Source: an uncultured Clostridia bacterium (GTDB taxonomy: Bacteria > Bacillota > Clostridia > Christensenellales > UBA1750). From it: a stretch of DNA of 64,000 nt. The position numbers and the translations under genes were made by a program. Shown here one piece after another: positions 57,579 to 64,000 of this stretch. Numbering within the stretch: the first letter of the stretch is position 1; each line of letters opens with the position of its first letter. The DNA is taken from NCBI GenBank assembly GCA_947625765.1, contig CANQPP010000006.1:8810-72809 (forward strand), in the 5' to 3' direction. The notes beneath the pieces are model-generated. The model did no database searches and had not been told where the DNA came from. It saw only the letters and a list, made by a program, of their open reading frames with translations.

Positions 57579-58599
57579 GGTGGGGATCCTCCCTCCTGTT
57601 GTTGGTTTCCTGCAGGGCCCTGCGCATGGCGTCCAGAACGGAGAGCACGCGGCCGTACTGCATGCGGGTGGGGCCTATGACGCCCATGGTCCCCACGCCG
57701 CCCCCGTCGCCCAAAGCGTAGGAGACGGTGACCAGGGAGCAGTCCTGCATGCCGGGCAGCTGCAGCTCCGGCCCGATGGTGACGGAGAAGGAGAGCCCCG
57801 CCCGCTGGGCCAGCAGGCTCGCCAGCTTCTCCTTGGTCTCCAGCGTGGAGAGCAGGCTGCGCGCCCGCTCGATGTCGCTGTATTCCGGGTGGAACAGCAG
57901 CTTGGACGTGCCGCCCACCACCACGGAGCTCTTGTCCGGCTCCATCTGGCGGTGGAGCGTATCCATGAGTCGCATGAACAGCGCCCGCTGCCCCTCCGTC
58001 TCGCCTAAGATCTCCGGCAGGGCGGGGAGCATCTGGTCCAGCGTCTTGCCGGAAAGCCGGTCGGTCAGGTAGTTGGAGAGCATGTACAGCTGGTCCGGCC
58101 CCACGTCCGCGGGCACGGGGATCATGGCGTCCTTGTGCACGCCGTTCTCCATCACGGTGACCATCAGGGCCGTATTGTCCGTGATGGGCACCAGCTGCAG
58201 CCTCTTTAAGCGGCCCGCGCTGGGGGCCAGCATCACGCCGGTGTAGTCCGTCAGCTCCGACAGGGCCCGCGTGGCGGCGGTGAGCACGTCCTGCACCGAG
58301 TCCATCGAGCTTTGGAAGATCTCCCGCAGCTTCGCGTTCTCCTCCGCGGGCAGGCTGGCCACGCGCATCAGCTGGTCCACGTACAGCCGGTAGGCCCGCC
58401 AGGAGGGCACGCGGCCCGCGCTGGTGTGGGGCTGGTCCAGGTAGCCCAGCTCCTCCAGGTCGCTCATCTCGTTGCGGATGGTGGCGGAGGAAAGGCCCAT
58501 CCCGTACTTCTTGGATATGGTCCTGGAGCCCACGGGCATGGCCGTCAGTATGTAGTCGTCGATGATGGCCTTGAGTATCTTGTATTTTCGCGCGTCCAT
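57565..58599 (-). CDS. hrcA: Heat-inducible transcription repressor HrcA
   Basis: MDARKYKILKAIIDDYILTAMPVGSRTI winged-helix N-terminus. The start is set at 58599 because the longer ORF would run through the CIRCE operator. Confidence 0.95.
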   Translation of the reverse strand: MDARKYKILKAIIDDYILTAMPVGSRTISKKYGMGLSSATIRNEMSDLEELGYLDQPHTSAGRVPSWRAYRLYVDQLMRVASLPAEENAKLREIFQSSMDSVQDVLTAATRALSELTDYTGVMLAPSAGRLKRLQLVPITDNTALMVTVMENGVHKDAMIPVPADVGPDQLYMLSNYLTDRLSGKTLDQMLPALPEILGETEGQRALFMRLMDTLHRQMEPDKSSVVVGGTSKLLFHPEYSDIERARSLLSTLETKEKLASLLAQRAGLSFSVTIGPELQLPGMQDCSLVTVSYALGDGGGVGTMGVIGPTRMQYGRVLSVLDAMRRALQETNNRREDPHHEEG

Positions 58600-58633
58600 A
58601 TCCACTTGGGCATCCTTCCTTTCCCGCCGTCTT

Positions 58634-58660
58634 GTTAGCACTCATCCCGGTCGAGTGCTA
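58634..58660 (-). promoter_or_regulatory. CIRCE operator (HrcA binding site) upstream of hrcA-grpE-dnaK-dnaJ
   Basis: A perfect TTAGCACTC-N9-GAGTGCTAA read directly at 58634-58660. Confidence 0.92.
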
Positions 58661-58729
58661 ACCACAGTCATAACGATAGCACCCATGAGGTAGAATGTCA
58701 AGGGTGTACATCAAAAATTCACGCTTTCG

Positions 58730-59572
58730 TCACGAACGGCTTTCCTCGCGGGCGAAGCGCTCCGCCAAAAAGCGGGCTACGCCGCCCCGCTCGTTGGAGG
58801 GGATGACGCCGGTGGCGGCGCGTTTCAGCTCCTCCACGGCGTTCTCGACCGCATAAGCCTCATCGCAGACCTTGAATAAGGGCAGGTCGTTGATCGCGTC
58901 CCCGAAGCAGACCATGCGCTCGCAGCCCAGCATCTTCTTTAACCGCAGCGCGGCCTTGGCCTTGGACGCCTCGGCGGGCATGATCTCGCACCAGTAGTCG
59001 TCCTGGTAAAGCTCCCGGTGGAAGATGCAGAAGAAGCGCTCATCGTCCTTCACCGCCTCGTAGAGGGGCTGCAGGCGGCCGCGCTCGCCTATGCAGGAAA
59101 AGTAGAACACATCGCCCTTGTGCAGCTTCTCCCCGTCCTCCGGGCCCAAGGGCCGCAGCCGGGGATCGCCGGGCCGCTTGGCCAGGTAGGCGCGCACGCC
59201 CGTATTTTCCAGGTCCCGCCGCCAGCTCACCGTCTCGCGGCCTTCCTGCAGGGCATAGACCATGGGGGAGAGGGCAAGCCTCTCAAACAGCGCGGCCAGC
59301 TCCCGCTTTTCCTCCAGGGAAAAGCCCACGCTCCAGATGCGCTTTTTCTCCCGTACATCGAACAGGCAGGCCCCGTTGTAGAGGATCAGCGGCGCGCGCA
59401 GGTCCAGCTGCCGGATCACCTTTTCCGCCGAGGTCCAGGAGCGGGCCGTGGCCACGGAGAGCAGCAGTCCCTTCTCCACCAGGGCGTTCAGCGTCCGAAC
59501 GCTTTCCTCGGGGATGCGGGACTGCCGATCCAGCAGCGTGCCGTCCAGGTCGGTCAGGTACAGCGTGCTCAC
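58730..59572 (-). CDS. Cof-type HAD-IIB phosphatase
   Basis: LYLTDLDGTLL motif I, SVATAR, and GDAINDLPLF motif IV. The GTG start at 59572 sits behind GGAGGAG and overlaps the upstream stop (GTGA). Confidence 0.85.
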   Translation of the reverse strand: MSTLYLTDLDGTLLDRQSRIPEESVRTLNALVEKGLLLSVATARSWTSAEKVIRQLDLRAPLILYNGACLFDVREKKRIWSVGFSLEEKRELAALFERLALSPMVYALQEGRETVSWRRDLENTGVRAYLAKRPGDPRLRPLGPEDGEKLHKGDVFYFSCIGERGRLQPLYEAVKDDERFFCIFHRELYQDDYWCEIMPAEASKAKAALRLKKMLGCERMVCFGDAINDLPLFKVCDEAYAVENAVEELKRAATGVIPSNERGGVARFLAERFAREESRS

Positions 59573-60087
59573 TTCGTCTCCTCCAGCGTGAAGGCCCAGC
59601 GGCAGCCGCGCGTTTCCCCCTCGTCCGGGTAGCAGAACAGGCAGCGGCAGGATATCCGCTCGTCGATCGTCTTGGCGAACACCTCGTGCTCCACCTGCCC
59701 CACGGGTTTGCAGGGGTGCAGGGGCAGCCCCTTGCGGGCGCGGGCCTCCTGCACGCGGCAGGTCTCGACCGAATAATAAAGGGTGTCGCCCCGCCTTTCC
59801 AGGCTGCACGTGTTGGCCTGCCAGGCAAAGCGCAAGGGCAGGGCCTTTTCCAGCCCCTCCAGTCCGCAGCGCTCGGGCAGGCGCAAAAAGGCGCGGATGC
59901 GCCGCGCTTCCGTGGCCGAAAAGCGCCGCCAGGCCTCCGCGTCCAGGGCCATGGCGGCGTCCATGCCTTGCCTTCCCTCCGCCGCCTGGAACCAGACGCC
60001 GTCCAGCGCCAGCAGGTTTTTATCCTTGATCTGAATGAGCTCGACCAGCTCCTCCTTCGTAAAGGAGGAGAGCGCGTTTTTGTCCAT
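59569..60087 (-). CDS. Conserved hypothetical protein with a Cys-rich C-terminus
   Basis: 172 aa starting MDKNALSSFTKEELVELI... behind GGGAGGT. C-terminal CRCLFCYPDEGETRGCRW. It begins 2 nt after the recF stop. Confidence 0.6.
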   Translation of the reverse strand: MDKNALSSFTKEELVELIQIKDKNLLALDGVWFQAAEGRQGMDAAMALDAEAWRRFSATEARRIRAFLRLPERCGLEGLEKALPLRFAWQANTCSLERRGDTLYYSVETCRVQEARARKGLPLHPCKPVGQVEHEVFAKTIDERISCRCLFCYPDEGETRGCRWAFTLEETK

Positions 60088-60089
60088 CC

Positions 60090-61169
60090 CTATACCTCCC
60101 GCACCGTGCCGTTTTCCACGAAGAAGGCCTTGCCCGTGGGCCAGCCCTTTTCCGCCTCCGTGGCCGTGACGAACGTCTGGGCGGGCAGGGCGCGCTCCAT
60201 CAGGTACTGCCTGCGGCTCTCGTCCAGCTCGCTCATCACGTCGTCCAGCATCAGCACCGGCCAGCTGCCCGTCTCGTCCCGGAGCAGCTGCAGCTGGCTG
60301 AGCTTTAAGGACAGCGCCGCTGTGCGCTGCTGCCCCTGGGAGCCGAAGGCGCGCAGCTCCTTGCCGCCGATCAGCAGCCCCAGGTCGTCCCTGTGGGGCC
60401 CGGCGGTGGTGGTGCACAGGCGCAGATCCTCGCTGCGCTTCTTTTCCAAAAGGCGCAGGGCGGTCTCGGCGTCGTCCGCCTGCAGGTTGGGCCTGTATTC
60501 CAGCTCCAGCAGCTCTGTGCCGCCGGAGATGTCGCTGTGGTTCTCGTGGGCGTACACCTGCAGCTTCTTCACAAAGCCCGCCCGCTCCCGGCAGATGTAG
60601 GCCGCAAGACGGGCCAGCTGCTCGTCCCAGACGGGTAGCGTATCCAAAAGGGAGGGATCGTCCCGCAGGGCACGGAGCAGGTTGTTGCGCTGGCGCAGCA
60701 CGCGGTTGTACTGCTGCAAAGAGTAAAAGTAGCTGGGGTAGGTCTGGGAAAGCTCCATGTCCAGGAAGCGCCGCCGCTCGGCGGGGCCGTCCTTGACGAT
60801 GGAGAGGTGCTCCGGGGCGAACAGCACGCAGTTGAGCCTGCCCATCAGCTCGCCTAAGCGCTGCACGGGCTCACCGTCCAGCAGGATGCGGTGGCGGCCC
60901 TCGCTCAGGAGGTTATAGCGGATGCGCCGCCTGACGCCCGCCCGCTCGCAGTGCAGCTCCACGGCGGCGTGCTCGCAGCCGTAGCGGATCATCTCCCGCT
61001 CCCGGGGCGTGCGGTGGGAGCGGCCCAGGCAGCAAAGAAAGACCGCCTCCAGCAGATTCGTCTTCCCCTGGGCGTTCTGCCCGAAGATCAGATTGATCCC
61101 CGGGCAGGGTTCGAGGGAAGCCTCTTCATAGTTGCGGAAGCGGCTCAATTCCAATTTTGTGATGTTCAT
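60090..61169 (-). CDS. recF: DNA replication/repair protein RecF
   Basis: LSRFRNYEE, Walker A GQNAQGKTNLLEA, and an SMC-type signature (SQGQQRT) with Walker B LMLDDVMSELD. Confidence 0.95.
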   Translation of the reverse strand: MNITKLELSRFRNYEEASLEPCPGINLIFGQNAQGKTNLLEAVFLCCLGRSHRTPREREMIRYGCEHAAVELHCERAGVRRRIRYNLLSEGRHRILLDGEPVQRLGELMGRLNCVLFAPEHLSIVKDGPAERRRFLDMELSQTYPSYFYSLQQYNRVLRQRNNLLRALRDDPSLLDTLPVWDEQLARLAAYICRERAGFVKKLQVYAHENHSDISGGTELLELEYRPNLQADDAETALRLLEKKRSEDLRLCTTTAGPHRDDLGLLIGGKELRAFGSQGQQRTAALSLKLSQLQLLRDETGSWPVLMLDDVMSELDESRRQYLMERALPAQTFVTATEAEKGWPTGKAFFVENGTVREV

Positions 61170-62278
61170 ACACCCTGGAAGGTGCGCACGGGCAGCACCA
61201 GATAGAGGAAGCTGTCCCCCTCCTCGGGCACGATCACGGCCGGGGAGATGGAGGTGTTGAAGCGGAACAGCACCTTCTCCTCCGCCAGGGAGCGGATGGC
61301 GTCGGTGATGTAGTTGACGTTGAAGGAGATGTCGATGTCCTGCCCCTGGGTCACCGCGTCGATCTGCTCGAACACGTCGCCCATCTCGGAGTTGGAGCTG
61401 ATGGAGAGGCTGTCGCCCTTGATGGAGAACTTGAGCAGGTTGTTGCGGCCCTCCTTGGCCATCAGGGAGGCGCGGTCGATGCTCTCGCTCAAGGCGGCGC
61501 GGTCCAGCAGAACGGAGGTCTGGTACTGGGCGGGCAGCAGCTGGCGGTACTTGATGTATTCCCCGTCCATGCGGGAGACCACGATCTTGCAGCCGTCCTT
61601 CTCCATGGAAACGTGCTTCTCCCCCAAGCGCAGGGCCACCTCGTCGTCGCTGTCGCTCAAAATGCGGCCGATCTCCGCCCAGTAGCGGCCGGAGACCACG
61701 CAGGAGATGCTCCCCTCGCAGGGGGCGGCCAGCTGTCCGCGGCGCAGGGCCAGGCGGAAGCCGTCCAGTGCCACCATGGTCGCCTGCTCGCCGGAGACCT
61801 CGAAGAGGCAGCCGGTGAGGATGGGGCGCGTGGCGTCCTGGGCGATGGCAAAGCCGGTCTGGCGGATCATGTCCTTGAGCAGGTTCTGGGAAATATGCAC
61901 CTCCTCGCCGTCGTCCACGGCGGGCAGGCTGGGATAGAGGGATGCGTCCATGCCCTGCAGGGTCGTCTTGATCTTGGGCATGCGGATGGTGGCGGTAAAG
62001 CGGTCGCTGACCTCCACGGAGACCTCGCCCTCGGGCAGCTTGCGCACGATCTCCGGGAACAGGCGGCCGGGGAGCAGCACGCTGCCCTCCTCCTGCACGG
62101 TGCCGGGGATCAGCGCCTCGATGCCTAGGCTCTGGTCGGTGCCCGCCAGGCGGACCCCGCCGGCCCAGGCTTGCAGGAACACGTTCTCGTACATGGGGTT
62201 GGGGCTGCGCTGGGCGACGGCGCGGCTGACGGTCTGCAGCGCCGTGAACAGGTCCTCTCTTTCACAAAGGAAACGCAT
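61166..62278 (-). CDS. dnaN: DNA polymerase III beta sliding clamp
   Basis: MRFLCEREDLFTALQTVSRAV...NPMYENVFL, the typical DnaN N-terminus; about 370 aa. The ATG at 62278 lies 9 nt after GGAGGA; the ORF extends to 62287. Confidence 0.95.
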   Translation of the reverse strand: MRFLCEREDLFTALQTVSRAVAQRSPNPMYENVFLQAWAGGVRLAGTDQSLGIEALIPGTVQEEGSVLLPGRLFPEIVRKLPEGEVSVEVSDRFTATIRMPKIKTTLQGMDASLYPSLPAVDDGEEVHISQNLLKDMIRQTGFAIAQDATRPILTGCLFEVSGEQATMVALDGFRLALRRGQLAAPCEGSISCVVSGRYWAEIGRILSDSDDEVALRLGEKHVSMEKDGCKIVVSRMDGEYIKYRQLLPAQYQTSVLLDRAALSESIDRASLMAKEGRNNLLKFSIKGDSLSISSNSEMGDVFEQIDAVTQGQDIDISFNVNYITDAIRSLAEEKVLFRFNTSISPAVIVPEEGDSFLYLVLPVRTFQGV

Positions 62279-62350
62279 GGGTGCCATTCCTCCTTATACT
62301 CATAAACTCTCTGTCGTGCGGATGTTTCTATATTATTAAGTGATGGGGCT

Positions 62351-63697
62351 TTAAGCGCCCTCGATGCGGCGGCGGATGTCCTCCACGGCCCTGCGGGTGT
62401 CGGCGTCGTGCTTTAGGTCCCCCTCCACCTTTTCCACCGCGTGCATCACGGTGGTGTGGTCGCGGCCGCCGAACTCCTGGCCGATGCGGGGCAGGGACGC
62501 GCCGTTGAGCTCGCGGCAGAGGTACATGGCCGTCTGCCTGGGCACGGAGACCTCGCGGTTGCGCTTCTTGGACTTGATGTCGTCCACGGACACGCCGTAG
62601 TATTCGGCCACCACGGCGGTGATCATGTCGATGGTGGCGCGGCGGGGATCCTTGACGGAGAACATCTCCGCCAGGGCTTCCTTGGCAAGGTCCAGGCTCA
62701 GGGGCTGGCCGCCTAAGCGGGCCTTGGCCAGGACGCGGTTCAGGGACCCCTCCAGCTCGCGGATGTTGGACTCGATCTTGGAGGCGATGAAGAGGTTGAC
62801 CTCCTCGGGGACCACCACCTGTTCCTGCTCGGCCTTGCGGCGCAGGATGGCGATGCGGGTCTCCAGATCGGGCTTGGTGATGTCCGCGATCAGGCCCCAC
62901 TCGAAGCGGGAGCGCAGCCGCTCCTCCAGCGTGGGGATCTCCTTGGGCTGCTTATCGGAGGAGAGTATGATCTGCCGCCCGGACTCGTAGAGGGCGTTGA
63001 ACGTGTGGAAGAACTCCTCCTGCATGCTCTCCTTGCCGGCGATGAACTGTATGTCGTCCACCATCAGCAGGTCCACCGAGCGGAAGCGGTTGCGGAACTC
63101 GGAGGTGCGGTTGGTCTGTATGGCGGTGATCAGCTCGTTGACGAAGTTCTCGGAGGTGATGTAGAGCACCCGCGCATTGGGGTCGCGCTCTAAGATGGCG
63201 TGGCCCACGGCGTGCATCAAATGGGTCTTGCCAAGGCCCACGCCGCTGTACAGAAACAGCGGGTTGTAGGCCGCCGCGGGGCTCTCCGCCACGGCGATGG
63301 CCGCCGCGTGGGCAAAGCGGTTGGAGGAGCCCACCACGAAGCTGTCGAACGTGTAGCGGGGGTTGAGCTGGCACAAGGGGCTTCTCTCCGCCTCGCGTGT
63401 CTCGGCCGCGCTCTCCTTCGGCTTGCGGTCGATCGCGGCCAGCTCCGCGGGCGTCAGCACGCGCAGGCGCACGTCCTCCCCGGCCGCGCGGCGAAGCGCC
63501 GCCTGGCTAAGGCCTAAGTACCGCTCCTCCAGCATGCGGGCCTGAAAGTCGTCCCGCGTGCTCAGCAGCAGCTCCCCGCCCGCATACTCCACGGGCAGGG
63601 TGCCCTCGAACCAGGCCTCGAAGGCCATGTCCGACACCTGGGCGCGAATGAGCTGCAGCGCATAGGACCACAGCGAGCTGGCGTCCATTTTCTCCAT
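62351..63697 (-). CDS. dnaA: Chromosomal replication initiator protein DnaA
   Basis: AAA+ Walker [13 protein letters not shown], Walker [10 protein letters not shown], and a domain IV signature ([11 protein letters not shown]). Confidence 0.97.
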   Translation of the reverse strand: MEKMDASSLWSYALQLIRAQVSDMAFEAWFEGTLPVEYAGGELLLSTRDDFQARMLEERYLGLSQAALRRAAGEDVRLRVLTPAELAAIDRKPKESAAETREAERSPLCQLNPRYTFDSFVVGSSNRFAHAAAIAVAESPAAAYNPLFLYSGVGLGKTHLMHAVGHAILERDPNARVLYITSENFVNELITAIQTNRTSEFRNRFRSVDLLMVDDIQFIAGKESMQEEFFHTFNALYESGRQIILSSDKQPKEIPTLEERLRSRFEWGLIADITKPDLETRIAILRRKAEQEQVVVPEEVNLFIASKIESNIRELEGSLNRVLAKARLGGQPLSLDLAKEALAEMFSVKDPRRATIDMITAVVAEYYGVSVDDIKSKKRNREVSVPRQTAMYLCRELNGASLPRIGQEFGGRDHTTVMHAVEKVEGDLKHDADTRRAVEDIRRRIEGA

Positions 63698-64000
63698 CCC
63701 GGTCTACCGCTCCTCCCATCGGCGCAAAAGGGCGGTCTCCTCCGCGCCGCTTATCTTGTCATACATCTGAAGATCGGAAAGGGCTCTGCGTCCCTTTCTC
63801 TTGATCCGGCGGTTCCCAAACAGCCTGTCGCACATGCCTTTCGTGAAAAGCAAGCGCGCCTATCGGCGCGCTTGCTGAAGGTGGGCCATCCGCCGCTTAT
63901 TATGATACCAAAAAGGGGGCTCCCTTTCAAGGGCGCGAAAAGCGCGTATCGCGGGATTTGGGAGCCGCTTTCCAAAAAATGAAGGCGAAGCAGGGATTTC

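Noticed and set aside
58600-58641. Longer HrcA start (14 extra residues)
   Set aside because: It would place the perfect CIRCE operator (58634-58660) inside the coding region. The internal ATG at 58599 gives the canonical MDARKYKIL... HrcA N-terminus.
63698-64000. oriC / DnaA-box cluster upstream of dnaA
   Set aside because: No TTATNCACA/TGTGNATAA matches with one mismatch or fewer were found by eye in the 300 bp available. Only a GC hairpin was seen (gcaagcgcgcc-tatc-ggcgcgcttgc, 63849-63874). The origin may lie outside the window, so no feature is called.

Overview
This is a high-GC Bacillota/Clostridia-type chromosomal segment; sampled lines look mid-60s % GC, but nothing was computed. 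It ends next to the replication-origin gene set dnaA-dnaN-recF (60.1-63.7 kb, minus strand). From about 27 kb onward most genes run on the minus strand, away from dnaA.

Ordinary content:
- secG-rnr
- three GNAT genes, one of them a remnant
- a two-gene PNAG-like exopolysaccharide module
- fumC
- the glycogen operon glgBCDA
- pepP-efp
- rsmE-mtaB-HIT
- a MATE pump
- rlmH
- sbcCD
- mscL
- the CIRCE-controlled hrcA-grpE-dnaK-dnaJ operon

Non-ordinary content:
1. Positions 1-6.9 kb are a clearly lower-GC surface-polysaccharide island (cytidylyltransferase, SDR, GT2, Wzy-like, Wzx, acyltransferase-3). The cytidylyltransferase looks frameshifted, and the O-acyltransferase is split exactly at a G9 homopolymer, a phase-variation candidate.
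2. At 31.1-37.3 kb the conserved spoIVB-spo0A locus is remodelled. Only the last ~40 codons of spoIVB survive, including the catalytic SGSP serine. They abut the stop codon of the last of three tandem, translationally coupled large serine recombinases. The adjacent Spo0A homologue keeps its DNA-binding domain but has lost the receiver-domain phosphorylation residues. The 5' part of spoIVB is not in the window.
3. Three intergenic regions carry repeat structures that genes do not explain. They are 27.0-27.4 kb (about 70-bp tandem repeats), 30.66-31.14 kb (about 247-bp tandem duplication) and 53.4-53.7 kb (a cluster of perfect GC hairpins).

No tRNA, rRNA, CRISPR array or transposase was recognised. 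All homology calls come from motif recognition by eye; no searches were run.
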